Notes under the pieces: generated by a model
What the model was told of the DNA's origin: nothing
Database searches by the model: none
Seen by the model: the letters and a program-made list of their open reading frames with translations, nothing else
Part shown: piece by piece, positions 1-9,334 of the stretch
Position numbering within the stretch: position 1 is the stretch's first letter
How the letters are laid out: every line of letters starts with the position of its first letter
Source: Sphaerotilus sp.
GTDB taxonomy: Bacteria; Pseudomonadota; Gammaproteobacteria; Burkholderiales; Burkholderiaceae_C
DNA: 64,000 bases
Direction: 5' to 3'
Assembly (NCBI RefSeq): GCF_031429695.1
Contig: NZ_JANPAB010000030.1
Coordinates: 32,569 to 96,568, forward strand
Translations under genes and position numbers: made by a program

Positions 1-467
1 CCCAGTGCGGCGGCCAGCGCAGCTTCGGCCTGCGCGTGGGCGAAAGGTTCGAGCAGGCCCTGGTTGTCGTGCGGCCCGACCATCACGAACGGCGCGCCGG
101 CGGTGTGGAAAGAGTGCAGGTCCAGCAGCACCTCATGCGCCTGCAGCAACGGACAGAGCACACGGGCGACCCGGTCCTCGAAGTCCTGCGGGATGGCGGG
201 CGGCACCAGCTTGCGGTTGAGGTTGCGCTCGCCTTCGCGGGCGTGGCCGCGGTAGGCCAGCGGGTTGGTGACCGGCACCAGCGTGAGCTGTCCGCGCAGC
301 AGGGTCAGATGGCCCCGGTCCAGCGCCTCGATCACGCTGTGCAGCGCCTGCGTGCCGCAGGTCTCGTTGCCGTGTACCGCGCCGAGCACGATGAGCCGTG
401 GCCCGGGCTGCAGGCCGAGGTACTGGTGGACACGCAGGGTGGTCGGGTGGTCAGTGGAGCGGGTCAT
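1..467 (-). CDS. Succinylglutamate desuccinylase/aspartoacylase (M14-like) family protein, runs off the window edge
   Basis: Not in the ORF track. Manual minus-strand translation from ATG 467: MTRSTDHPTTLRVHQYLGLQPGPRLIVLGAVHGNETCG...VPVTNPLAY...RNLNRKL, with HGNE and NLNR motifs. Alternative start at 479. Confidence 0.75.
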   Translation of the reverse strand, partial: MTRSTDHPTTLRVHQYLGLQPGPRLIVLGAVHGNETCGTQALHSVIEALDRGHLTLLRGQLTLVPVTNPLAYRGHAREGERNLNRKLVPPAIPQDFEDRVARVLCPLLQAHEVLLDLHSFHTAGAPFVMVGPHDNQGLLEPFAHAQAEAALAAAL

Positions 468-548
468 GCCCGGGAGCATAGCCGCGGCGGCCCCTGGCAC
501 AGGCTCCCCATCTTCCCTTGGTCCGGCACGGCAACGCACACGGTTTGG

Positions 549-594
549 TTATCCCCCGCACCTGTGCATAACCCTGGGGACAAGCTGTGGTTGA
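549..594. promoter_or_regulatory. Cluster of four DnaA-box-like 9-mers in a divergent intergenic region
   Basis: TTATCCCCC (549-557), TGTGCATAA (563-571), TGGGGACAA (575-583), TGTGGTTGA (586-594), compared with consensus TTATCCACA/TGTGGATAA. Confidence 0.4.
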
Positions 595-676
595 ATGCGC
601 CAAGTACTTGTCACTGTGTGACTTTTGTTGGAATGCTCTTTCTTTGAGCAGCGCCGCGGAGCAGACCTGGAGCGCC

Positions 677-2071
677 ATGCCCTACACCCACACCCTCGGC
701 GGCCACGTCTGGCAGTTCGCCGATCTGGTCACCCTGATGGCGCGGGCCACACCGCTGCGCTCCGGTGATGTGCTGGCCGGTGTCGCCGCACACACCGCCG
801 AAGAGCGCATGGCCGCCCGCATGGCGCTGGCAGACCTGCCGCTCAAGACCTTCCTGAACGAGGCGTTGGTCCCCTACGAGACCGACGAGGTCACGCGGCT
901 GATCCTCGACACCCACGACGCCGCCGCCTTCGCCGAGATCGCCCACCTCACCGTGGGCGACTTCCGCGACTGGTTGCTCGGCGACGCCGCCGACGAGGTG
1001 ACGCTGGCCCGCGTGCGCCGCGGCATCACGCCGGAGATGGCCGCCGCGGTGAGCAAGCTCATGCGCAACCAGGATTTGATCCTCGTGGCGCGCAAATGCC
1101 GCGTCATCACCCGCTTCCGCAACACCCTCGGCCTGCCCGGTCGGATGGCGATGCGCCTGCAGCCCAACCACCCGACCGACGACCCGCGCGCCATCGCCGT
1201 CTCCATGCTCGACGGCCTGCTCTACGGCGCAGGCGACGCAGTGATCGGCATCAACCCGGCGGGCGATGGGCAGAGGGCGCTGACGGACCTGCTGCGGCTG
1301 GTGGACGGGGTGATCCAGCGCTTCGAGATCCCGACGCAGTCCTGCGTGCTCACCCACGTCACGAACCAGATCCAGGCCATCGAGCACGGCGCGCCAGTCG
1401 ATCTGGTCTTCCAGTCCATCGCCGGCACCGAGGCCGCCAACCGCAGCTTCGGCATCGACCTGGCCCTGCTGCGCGAGGCGCGGGAAGCCGCGCTCAGCCT
1501 GAAGCGCGGCACCCTCGGCGACAACGTGATGTATTTCGAGACCGGCCAGGGCTCGGCGCTGTCGGCCAACGCCCACCACGGCGTGGACCAGCAGACCTGC
1601 GAAGCGCGTGCCCACGGCGTTGCCCGCGCCTTCGACCCGCTGATCTGCAACACCGTGGTCGGATTCATCGGGCCGGAGTACCTGTTCGATGGCAGGCAGA
1701 TCATCCGCGCCGGGCTGGAGGACCATTTCTGCGGCAAGCTGCTGGGGCTGCCGATCGGCTGCGATGTCTGCTACACCAACCACGCCGAGGCCGACTCGGA
1801 CGACATGGACACGCTGATGACGCTGCTCGGCGTGGCCGGCGTCACCTTCCTGATCGGCGTGCCCGGCGCGGACGACGTGATGCTCAACTACCAGAGCACC
1901 TCGTTCCACGACGCGCTCTACCTGCGCGAGGTGCTCGGCTTGAAACGGGCACCGGAGTTCGAGGCGTGGCTGGCGCGCATGGGCATCACGGACGCTGCGG
2001 GGCGGGTGCTGCCCGTCGCGTCTGGCCATGCCTTGCTGACGCACATGGCGCACATGGAACACCTCGGATGA
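677..2071 (+). CDS. eutB: Ethanolamine ammonia-lyase large subunit
   Basis: TPLRSGDVLAG, RLQPNHPTDD, MYFETGQGSALS, GLEDHFCGKLLG, DDVMLNYQSTSFHD. Start trimmed to ATG 677. Confidence 0.97.
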   Translation: MPYTHTLGGHVWQFADLVTLMARATPLRSGDVLAGVAAHTAEERMAARMALADLPLKTFLNEALVPYETDEVTRLILDTHDAAAFAEIAHLTVGDFRDWLLGDAADEVTLARVRRGITPEMAAAVSKLMRNQDLILVARKCRVITRFRNTLGLPGRMAMRLQPNHPTDDPRAIAVSMLDGLLYGAGDAVIGINPAGDGQRALTDLLRLVDGVIQRFEIPTQSCVLTHVTNQIQAIEHGAPVDLVFQSIAGTEAANRSFGIDLALLREAREAALSLKRGTLGDNVMYFETGQGSALSANAHHGVDQQTCEARAHGVARAFDPLICNTVVGFIGPEYLFDGRQIIRAGLEDHFCGKLLGLPIGCDVCYTNHAEADSDDMDTLMTLLGVAGVTFLIGVPGADDVMLNYQSTSFHDALYLREVLGLKRAPEFEAWLARMGITDAAGRVLPVASGHALLTHMAHMEHLG

Positions 2072-2868
2072 GCGACCCGAACGCCCTCACCACGCCCGAC
2101 CCCTGGGCCTGTCTGCGGGCGCTGACACCGGCCCGCGTCGGACTGGGTCGCGCCGGATCGAGCCTGCCGACGCGCGAGCTGCTGGCGTTCGGCGCCGCCC
2201 ACGCGCAAGCCCGCGACGCCGTCCACCTGCCGCTGGACGCCGACGCGCTGTGCATGCAAATCGAAACCCTCGGCCTGCCTACGCTGCGCGTTCGCAGCGC
2301 TGCGCCAGACCGGGCCACCTACCTGCTGCGCCCGGACCTCGGGCGCCGGCTGGAGCGAGACAGCGCCGTGCAGCTCGACGCCCACGGCCCAGCAGGAGCC
2401 GAGACCGACCTCCTGCTCGTGGTCGGCGACGGGCTGTCGTCTGCAGCGGTCCAGCGCCAGGCCGTGCCGCTGATCGAAGCGCTGGTCCGCCAGCGGCCGG
2501 ACGGCTGGCGACTCGGCCCGGTCGTCATCGCCACGCAGGCCCGCGTGGCGCTGGGCGATGACATCGGCCAGCGGCTGGCGGCGCCAATGGTCGCGGTGCT
2601 GATCGGCGAGCGGCCGGGGCTGAGTTCGCCGGACAGCCTGGGCGTCTACCTGACCCATGCGCCGCGCGTCGGCCGCACGGATGCGGAGCGCAACTGCCTG
2701 TCGAACGTGCGCGCCGAAGGGCTGCAGCATGCGGAGGCGGCGCGCAAGCTGTGGTGGCTGGTGCAAGCGGCGCGGCAACTGCAGCTCACCGGGGTGGGCT
2801 TGAAAGACCACAGCGACCTGTGTGACATTTACCACCCCATCCTTTCCAGGAGACCCTTCCATGAATGA
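2068..2868 (+). CDS. eutC: Ethanolamine ammonia-lyase small subunit
   Basis: ATGA overlap with eutB; TPARVGLGRAG, AHAQARDAVH, LLRPDLGRRL, LIGERPGLSSPDSLG, RNCLSNVR. Confidence 0.95.
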   Translation: MSDPNALTTPDPWACLRALTPARVGLGRAGSSLPTRELLAFGAAHAQARDAVHLPLDADALCMQIETLGLPTLRVRSAAPDRATYLLRPDLGRRLERDSAVQLDAHGPAGAETDLLLVVGDGLSSAAVQRQAVPLIEALVRQRPDGWRLGPVVIATQARVALGDDIGQRLAAPMVAVLIGERPGLSSPDSLGVYLTHAPRVGRTDAERNCLSNVRAEGLQHAEAARKLWWLVQAARQLQLTGVGLKDHSDLCDIYHPILSRRPFHE

Positions 2869-3763
2869 CTTTCCCATCGGTGTGATCGGCCTGGGCGCGA
2901 TGGGCCGAGGCATGGCCGCCTCGCTGCGCCGCGCCGGCTACCGCGTCCATGTCTGCGATGTGCGCCCTGAAGCCGCGCAAGCCTTCGCCGAGGAAGGCGG
3001 CATCGCCTGCAGCAGCCCGGCCGAGGTCGCGGCGCACTGCGAGGTCGTCGTCAGCGTGGTGGTCAACGCCGCGCAGACCGAGTCGGTGCTGTTCGGCGAT
3101 GGCGGCGCGGCGGCAGCGATGCGGCCGGGCAGCGTGTTCATCATGTGCTCGACCGTGGACCCGAACTGGTCCGTCGCGCTGGAAGGCAGGCTGGCAGCAC
3201 TGGGCATGCTGTACCTGGACGCACCGATCTCCGGTGGTGCCGCCAAGGCCGCGTCGGGCCAGATGACGATGATGACCTCCGGCTCGCCCGACGCCTATGC
3301 CAAGGTCGGCAGCGCGCTCGACGCGATGGCGGCCAAGGTCTACAAGCTCGGCGACCGGGCGGGCAACGGCAGCAAGGTGAAGATCATCAACCAGTTGCTC
3401 GCCGGGGTTCACATCGCCGCAGCGGCCGAGGCGATGGCGCTGGGCTTGCGCGAAGGGGTGGACGCCGCGGCGCTGTACGAGGTGATCACCAACAGCGCGG
3501 GCAACAGCTGGATGTTCGAGAACCGGATGGCGCATGTGCTCGCTGCCGACTACACGCCGCTGTCGGCGGTGGACATCTTCGTGAAGGATCTCGGCCTCGT
3601 GCTCGACACGGCGCGGGCGACCAAGTTCCCGCTGCCGCTGTCGGCGACGGCGCACCAGATATTCATGCAGGCGTCCACCGCCGGGTTCGGGCGCGAGGAC
3701 GATTCGGCCGTGATCAAGATCTTCCCTGGCATCACGCTGCCGCAAGCCGAGCCGAAGCCATGA
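2861..3763 (+). CDS. ltnD: L-threonate dehydrogenase (beta-hydroxyacid dehydrogenase family)
   Basis: GLGAMG, DAPISGG, KIINQLLAGVHIAAAAEAM, NSWMFENR, FVKDL; directly upstream of otnK. Confidence 0.85.
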   Translation: MNDFPIGVIGLGAMGRGMAASLRRAGYRVHVCDVRPEAAQAFAEEGGIACSSPAEVAAHCEVVVSVVVNAAQTESVLFGDGGAAAAMRPGSVFIMCSTVDPNWSVALEGRLAALGMLYLDAPISGGAAKAASGQMTMMTSGSPDAYAKVGSALDAMAAKVYKLGDRAGNGSKVKIINQLLAGVHIAAAAEAMALGLREGVDAAALYEVITNSAGNSWMFENRMAHVLAADYTPLSAVDIFVKDLGLVLDTARATKFPLPLSATAHQIFMQASTAGFGREDDSAVIKIFPGITLPQAEPKP

Positions 3764-5070
3764 CCCTCCCCATGAACCGCCGCCCCGTGCCCTTGCTGGG
3801 CTGCATCGCCGACGATTTCACCGGCGCGACCGACCTCGCCAACAACCTCGTCCGCAGCGGGATGCGCACGGTGCAGACCATCGGCGTGCCAGCCGACGCC
3901 GAAGCGCGGGTGGATGCCGACGCGATCGTGGTCGCGCTGAAGTCGCGCACCATGGCCGCGGACGAGGCGGTCGCGCAGTCGCTGGCGGCGCTGCGCTGGC
4001 TGCAGGCGCAGGGGGTCGAGCAGGTGTATTTCAAATACTGCTCCACCTTCGACTCGACCCCGGCGGGCAACATCGGCCCGGTGACGGACGCCCTGCTCGA
4101 CGCGCTGCACGGTCCCGGCCAGGGCTTCACCATCGCCTGCCCCGCTTTCCCGGACAACCAGCGCACGGTGTTCAAGGGCCACCTGTTCGTCGGCGACGTG
4201 CTGCTGTCGGACAGCGGGATGCGGCATCACCCGCTGACGCCGATGACCGATGCCAACCTCGTGCGCGTGCTGCAGGCGCAGACGCGGCGGCGGGTCGGGC
4301 TGGTCGATCAGGCGGTCGTGGCGCGGGGGGCGGAGGCCATCGCGCAGCGGTTCCGCGACCTGCAGGCCGAGGGCGTGGGCATCGCGGTGGTGGATGCGGT
4401 GAGCAACGCTGATTTGTTCCGCATCGGTCAGGCGCTGGCCGGGATGCCGCTGGTGACGGCCGGCTCCGGCATCGCGATTGGCCTGCCGCAGAACTGGCAG
4501 ACCTCGGGTGAGGCCGCCGATCAACTGCCGCCAGCCACCGGGCACCAGGCCGTGGTGTCGGGTAGCTGCTCTGTGGCGACCAATGCGCAGGTGCAGCATT
4601 TCCGGGCGCAAGGCCGACCCGCGTTTGCCGTGAATCCGCTGGAGATCGCCGCCGGGGTCGATGTAGTGGGGCAGGCGCTGGACTGGGCCGCGCCGCTGCT
4701 GGCGCAAGGGCCAGGACAAGGGCCGGTGCTGGTCTACGCCACGGCAGACGCAGAAGCCGTCCGCGCCGTGCAGGCACAGCTCGGTGTGGCCGAAGCGGGC
4801 GCGCTGGTGGAACACACGCTGTCGCGCATCGCGGCGGGCCTCGTGCAGGCCGGCGTGCGGCAACTGGTCGTTGCGGGCGGGGAAACGTCCGGCGCGGTCG
4901 TGCAGGCGCTGGGCGTCACGCAGATGGCGATCGGGCCGCAGATCGATCCGGGGGTGCCGTGGACGGCGGTGGCTTCGCCGCTGTGTCCAGGGGAGGTGGT
5001 GCATGTGGCGCTGAAGTCGGGGAACTTCGGGAGTGGGGACTTCTTCAGCAAGGCGTTTGCGCGGCTTTGA
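3760..5070 (+). CDS. otnK: 3-oxo-tetronate kinase (four-carbon acid sugar kinase family)
   Basis: LGCIADDFTGATD, YFKYCSTFDST, VVAGGETSG, LKSGNFG; ATGA overlap with ltnD. Confidence 0.88.
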   Translation: MTLPMNRRPVPLLGCIADDFTGATDLANNLVRSGMRTVQTIGVPADAEARVDADAIVVALKSRTMAADEAVAQSLAALRWLQAQGVEQVYFKYCSTFDSTPAGNIGPVTDALLDALHGPGQGFTIACPAFPDNQRTVFKGHLFVGDVLLSDSGMRHHPLTPMTDANLVRVLQAQTRRRVGLVDQAVVARGAEAIAQRFRDLQAEGVGIAVVDAVSNADLFRIGQALAGMPLVTAGSGIAIGLPQNWQTSGEAADQLPPATGHQAVVSGSCSVATNAQVQHFRAQGRPAFAVNPLEIAAGVDVVGQALDWAAPLLAQGPGQGPVLVYATADAEAVRAVQAQLGVAEAGALVEHTLSRIAAGLVQAGVRQLVVAGGETSGAVVQALGVTQMAIGPQIDPGVPWTAVASPLCPGEVVHVALKSGNFGSGDFFSKAFARL

Positions 5071-5094
5071 GTCGGTGCGGCGAATAGGGCGAGC

Positions 5095-5119
5095 ATTCAC
5101 CGCAAAACATGCGGTGAAT
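5095..5119. terminator. Hairpin between convergent otnK and vapC, possible terminator
   Basis: ATTCACCGCA-aaaca-TGCGGTGAAT, perfect 10-bp stem; no clear U-tract. Confidence 0.45.
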
Positions 5120-5151
5120 AGCCAACAAGCTGAAGCGGCAGGCGGGTCGGA

Positions 5152-5568
5152 TCAGTCGATCAGCCAGTCTTCCACCACCAGCCCTGGCACCCGCTTGAAC
5201 TCTCGTGTGTTGTGCGTCACCAGCACCAGTCCCCGTGAACGCGCATGGGCGGCGATCCACAGGTCGTTGCCGCCGATTGGCGTTCCGCTGCGCTCCAGGG
5301 CGGCGCGGATGTCGGCGTAGTGGCGGTCAGCCTCGCCATCGATTGGCAGCACCGTGATCGTCGCCAGCAGTGCGTTGACTCGGTCGGTCAACGCCGGCGA
5401 ACCCTTGCGCTCGGCGCCGAAGCGCATCTCGGCGGCGACGATGATGCTGGTGCAGACCGCCTCGTCGCCTGCGGTCGCCAGCCGTTGCAGCAGGTCAGGC
5501 GAGACCGGCCGACGCATCAATGCAGAGAGCGTGTTGGTGTCGAGCAGCCATTCCAGCCCGGCGGTCAT
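5152..5568 (-). CDS. vapC: PIN-domain toxin
   Basis: LLDTNTLS, SIIVAAEM, IGGNDLWIAAHA, LVTHNTREF. Confidence 0.9.
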   Translation of the reverse strand: MTAGLEWLLDTNTLSALMRRPVSPDLLQRLATAGDEAVCTSIIVAAEMRFGAERKGSPALTDRVNALLATITVLPIDGEADRHYADIRAALERSGTPIGGNDLWIAAHARSRGLVLVTHNTREFKRVPGLVVEDWLID

Positions 5569-5816
5569 TCGAACAGCTCCCCGCGCTCCTGCGGCGGCGG
5601 GTCGTCGATGTCAGGAAAGTCGTCCACGGGTGGCAGTGACTCCCACTGGCGCACCAGATCCAGCAGGCGATGGCGGCGCACCGGGGTCAGGATCAGGCTG
5701 TCACCCTCGCGGCGGATCGTCACCTCGGTGCCATCGATCTCGAATTCGCGGGGGATGCGGATGGCCTGGTTGGCGCCGTTGCGGAAGACGGCGATGCGGC
5801 GGATGGGGTCAGGCAT
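5565..5816 (-). CDS. vapB: AbrB/MazE-fold antitoxin
   Basis: VFRNGANQAIRIPREF; 83 aa; overlaps the vapC start. Confidence 0.85.
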   Translation of the reverse strand: MPDPIRRIAVFRNGANQAIRIPREFEIDGTEVTIRREGDSLILTPVRRHRLLDLVRQWESLPPVDDFPDIDDPPPQERGELFE

Positions 5817-5831
5817 GGGGCACCTTCAAAA

Positions 5832-5853
5832 AGCATATGCCATAGCATATGCT
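5832..5853. promoter_or_regulatory. Tandem palindromes upstream of vapB, likely TA operator
   Basis: GCATATGC at 5833-5840 and 5845-5852, about 16 bp upstream of the vapB start. Confidence 0.55.
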
Positions 5854-5919
5854 CTTACTGGTGAATTGCCCAGTCAGCGAAGCCGGATGCCTGGACTGAT
5901 GATTCGCCTCCCAGACCCC

Positions 5920-6402
5920 TCAAGCCCCAAACAGCCGCGGATCAAACCGAAACGGATACCGCTCGATGCTCACCCGGATGGCACCGTACTGTGGATGCGC
6001 CGGGTTGATGAGCAGGTTGCGCTCCGCTGGCTCGGTGTACGACGGCACCCACAGCCCCAGACTCGACCCCGCACTGGCCCACGCCATCCCCAGCGCCTGC
6101 GTACCCGCTTCATCCTCGCGCCAGTCCGGCGACAAACCCAGCGCCTGCGCCTCCAGAAAAACAGCATCGTGCGGCAGGTCGAGCCGCATGAGCGCCTGAT
6201 TCCGAGGATTCGCGCCGTTGCAGTGAACACGCTTTTCCAGTTGGCACAGCGCCCGGCTCGATCCGGCGTACACCACGGGATGCCGCCCTCGGGTGTGCCA
6301 CCGGCCGTTGCCCAGCGTCGAGCCATGTCCCAGGCTGGCCAGCACCGCCGCCACGGCCAGCGTTGAATCAGCGCAATCGCCGATCCGCCAGACTGTCGTC
6401 AA
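5920..6402 (-). CDS. RES-domain toxin (NAD+ phosphorylase family)
   Basis: WRI, GRWH, YAGSSRALCQLE, LWVPS, NLLINPAH. Probable TTG start at 6402 overlaps the antitoxin stop. Confidence 0.85.
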   Translation of the reverse strand: MTTVWRIGDCADSTLAVAAVLASLGHGSTLGNGRWHTRGRHPVVYAGSSRALCQLEKRVHCNGANPRNQALMRLDLPHDAVFLEAQALGLSPDWREDEAGTQALGMAWASAGSSLGLWVPSYTEPAERNLLINPAHPQYGAIRVSIERYPFRFDPRLFGA

Positions 6403-6710
6403 ACCACACCGCCGTACTGGATCGCCAGCAGGATGTCCTTGACGCGCTGCGCACCGTAGGAGGTTCTGGCGGACTCCAGCGGGGTTTCGCCGTCGAGCAT
6501 CGGATGGGGCCGGCGCAGCCACTGCGACGCTTCCGCTTCCGACTCGAATGTGTCCGCCGCCATCTGATCGAGTTCGAGCAGCCGCAGGACACTCTCGGCC
6601 GAATGCATCGGCAGCAACTGGCCCTTGGTGGCCCGGCGGTTCGCAGTGCTGCGGTCCAGGTGGATGATGCCGATTCGAACAGCCCGATTCGCATGGCAGA
6701 CTGCCCGCAC
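6399..6710 (-). CDS. Xre/MbcA/ParS-type antitoxin, possibly N-terminally shortened
   Basis: C-terminus DTFESEAEASQWLRRPHPMLDGETPL...GAQRVKDILLAIQYG. In-frame TAG at 6720-6722 limits the N-terminus. Confidence 0.75.
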   Translation of the reverse strand: MRAVCHANRAVRIGIIHLDRSTANRRATKGQLLPMHSAESVLRLLELDQMAADTFESEAEASQWLRRPHPMLDGETPLESARTSYGAQRVKDILLAIQYGGVV

Positions 6711-6746
6711 ACGCCCACTCTAGCCGCCTCCCCCGGAAAGCTCCCC

Positions 6747-7403
6747 ATGCCCGATACCGCCCTGCTGCGCGCCGAGATCTGCCGCGTCGGCGCCTCGCTG
6801 TTCACCCGAGGCTACGTCCACGCCAGCGCCGGCAACATCAGCGTGCGCACCGACGACGGCGGTTTCCTGATCACGCCGACCGACGCCTGCCTGGGCACGC
6901 TGTCGCCCGAGCGGCTGGCCTGCGTCAACGCGGACGGCGTGCAGACCAGCGGCGACCGCGCCTCGAAGACACTCGCGCTGCACCGCCGCATCTACGCCGC
7001 CGATCCGGAGGCCCGCTGCGTCATCCACACGCACTCGACCCACCTCGTCGCGCTGACGCTGGCCGGCGTCTGGCACCCGGACGACATCGTGCCGCCGATC
7101 ACGCCGTACTTCGTGATGAAGGTTGGCCACGTCCCGCTGATCCCCTACCACCGCCCCGGTGACCCGGCCGCCGCCGCCCTCGTCGCTGAGCGAATCACGG
7201 CCAGCCGCGTCGCCGGCACCCCGCTGCGCGCCGTGATGCTCGACCGCCTCGGCCCCAACGTCTGGCACCGCAGCCCGGCCGAAGCCAGCGCCGTGCTCGA
7301 AGAGCTGGAGGAGACCGCGCGGCTGTGGCTGCTGACCCGCCCCGCCCCGCTCACCGACGCGCAGATCGACGAGTTGCGACAGCATTTCGGCGCACGCTGG
7401 TAA
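6747..7403 (+). CDS. otnC: 3-oxo-tetronate 4-phosphate decarboxylase (class II aldolase family)
   Basis: AGNISVR, LITPTDACLG, SKTLALH, VIHTHSTH, EELEETARL. Confidence 0.85.
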   Translation: MPDTALLRAEICRVGASLFTRGYVHASAGNISVRTDDGGFLITPTDACLGTLSPERLACVNADGVQTSGDRASKTLALHRRIYAADPEARCVIHTHSTHLVALTLAGVWHPDDIVPPITPYFVMKVGHVPLIPYHRPGDPAAAALVAERITASRVAGTPLRAVMLDRLGPNVWHRSPAEASAVLEELEETARLWLLTRPAPLTDAQIDELRQHFGARW

Positions 7404-7405
7404 CG

Positions 7406-8416
7406 ATGGCCCACCTCCCGTACCCGATCACCAAGGGCCACTGGCTGGCGCCCGAGGTGCGGTTCCACACGGGCGAGGTGATGCCGACGCTGCGCATGGC
7501 GTACACCACCTTGGGGAACCCGGACGGCGAGCCGGTGCTCGTGCTGCATGGCACCAACGGCAGCGCGGCCAGCCTGCTCACCCCGGCGTTCGCGGGCGCG
7601 CTGTTCGGCCCCGGCCAGCCGCTGGACGCCCGCCACCACCGCCTCATCCTGCCCGACGCGATCGGTGCGGGCGCGTCGGCCAAGCCCTCCGACGGCCTGC
7701 GCACCGCCTTTCCGCGCTACCACTACGGCGACATGGTGGACGCCCAGCACCGGCTGCTGACGGAGCACCTCGGCGTGTACCACCTGCGGGCGGTGATCGG
7801 CTACTCGATGGGCGGGACGCACGCCTGGCTCTGGGCGCAGCGGCACCCGCAGTGCATGGACGCCATCGTGCCACTGGCTGCGTTGCCGGCCGCGATGTCG
7901 GGGCGCAACTGGATGCTGCGGCGGCTGCTCATCGAGGCAATCCGCAGCGATCCCGAGTGGCAAGGCGGCCACTACACCCGCCAGCCGCGCAGCCTGCAGT
8001 GGGCGTCGGCGTTCCATGCAGTGGCGACCAACGGCGGCTGCCAAGGTTGGCAGAAACTGGCGCCGTCCCGAGACAGGGCCGATGCGCTGGTGGAACAGCG
8101 GCTGAACGCTCCGTTCCTCGGCGACGCCAACGACCACCTCTACCAGTGGGACGCCGCCCGCGACTACGACCCAACGCCGGACCTGGAGCGCATCGAGGCC
8201 GCCGTGCTCGCCATCAACTCCGCGGACGACGAGCGCAACCCGCCCGAGCTGGGCCTGCTCGACGCCGCGATGAAGCGCCTGCGGCACGGCCGCGCCCTGC
8301 TCCTCCCCGGCAGCCCCGACACCACGGGCCACAGCACCGTGCTGCAGGCCGCCCGCTGGACCCCAGCGTTCGCCGACTTCCTGGCCCAGGTGCCGCGGCG
8401 GACATCCCCTTCCTGA
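7406..8416 (+). CDS. Alpha/beta hydrolase, homoserine O-acetyltransferase (MetX)-like
   Basis: LVLHGT, PDAIG, GYSMGG elbow, INSADDERNP, TTGH. Confidence 0.85.
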   Translation: MAHLPYPITKGHWLAPEVRFHTGEVMPTLRMAYTTLGNPDGEPVLVLHGTNGSAASLLTPAFAGALFGPGQPLDARHHRLILPDAIGAGASAKPSDGLRTAFPRYHYGDMVDAQHRLLTEHLGVYHLRAVIGYSMGGTHAWLWAQRHPQCMDAIVPLAALPAAMSGRNWMLRRLLIEAIRSDPEWQGGHYTRQPRSLQWASAFHAVATNGGCQGWQKLAPSRDRADALVEQRLNAPFLGDANDHLYQWDAARDYDPTPDLERIEAAVLAINSADDERNPPELGLLDAAMKRLRHGRALLLPGSPDTTGHSTVLQAARWTPAFADFLAQVPRRTSPS

Positions 8417-8449
8417 CTTCTGACGCTTGACGCGAGAACCCACCCTGCC

Positions 8450-9334
8450 ATGCCCCGCTTCGCCGCCAACCTGTCGATGCTCTACAACGAGCACGCCTTC
8501 CTCGACCGCTTCGCCGCCGCCGCTGCGGATGGCTTCGAGGCCGTCGAATACCTGTTCCCCTATGCCTTCGAGGCGGCCGACATCGCCCAACGGCTGGCCG
8601 ACCACGGATTGCAACAGGTGCTGTTCAACGCGCCGCCGGGTGACTGGGACGCGGGCGAGCGGGGCATTGCCTGCCTGCCGGGGCGCGAGGCCGAGTTCCG
8701 CGACGGGTTCGAGCGGGCGCTGGTCTACGCCGACGCACTCGACTGCCCGCGCATCCACGTCATGGCTGGGCTTGCGCCGCAAGGCGTGGAGCGTGCGCAA
8801 CTGCAGGCGATCTACGAAGGCAACCTCGCCTGGGCCGCCGGGCAAGCCGCCGCCGCGGGACGGGCGGTGCTGATCGAGCCGATCAATTCACGCGACATGC
8901 CCGGCTACTTCCTGAACCGCCAGGACGAGGCGCACCGCATCGTGCAGGCGATCGGCGCCGCGAACCTGCAGGTGCAGTTCGACCTCTACCACTGCCAGAT
9001 CGTCGAAGGCGACGTGGCGATGAAGCTGCGCCAGTCCCTGCCCACCGGGCGCGTCGGGCACCTGCAGATCGCCAGCGTGCCGATGCGCCATGAGCCGGAC
9101 CTCGGCGAGCTGAACTACCCGTACCTGTTCGGCGTGATCGACGAGGTGTCGGCGGCCTGCGGCTGGCAGGGCTGGGTGGGCTGCGAGTACCGACCCGCCC
9201 GCGGTGCGGTGGCGGGCGGCACGTCGGACGGGCTGGGCTGGCTGAATCAGGCCAGCGCGGCGTTCAGGTCGGCTTCTGCCTCGGCGAAACCCTTGGCGAC
9301 AGCATCGGCGCCCATTGCCAGACCTTCCGCGTAG
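8450..9334 (+). CDS. otnI: 2-oxo-tetronate isomerase (Hyi family)
   Basis: [43 protein letters not shown]. The 3' end overlaps azoR by 88 bp. Confidence 0.85.
   Translation: MPRFAANLSMLYNEHAFLDRFAAAAADGFEAVEYLFPYAFEAADIAQRLADHGLQQVLFNAPPGDWDAGERGIACLPGREAEFRDGFERALVYADALDCPRIHVMAGLAPQGVERAQLQAIYEGNLAWAAGQAAAAGRAVLIEPINSRDMPGYFLNRQDEAHRIVQAIGAANLQVQFDLYHCQIVEGDVAMKLRQSLPTGRVGHLQIASVPMRHEPDLGELNYPYLFGVIDEVSAACGWQGWVGCEYRPARGAVAGGTSDGLGWLNQASAAFRSASASAKPLATASAPIARPSA

Noticed and set aside
1096-2067. Long 5' extension of the eutC ORF
   Set aside because: Out-of-frame overlap with eutB; the ATGA junction at 2068 gives the natural start.
5071-6746. TA cassette as an IS or integron element
   Set aside because: No transposase, integrase, terminal repeats or convincing attC site found by eye.
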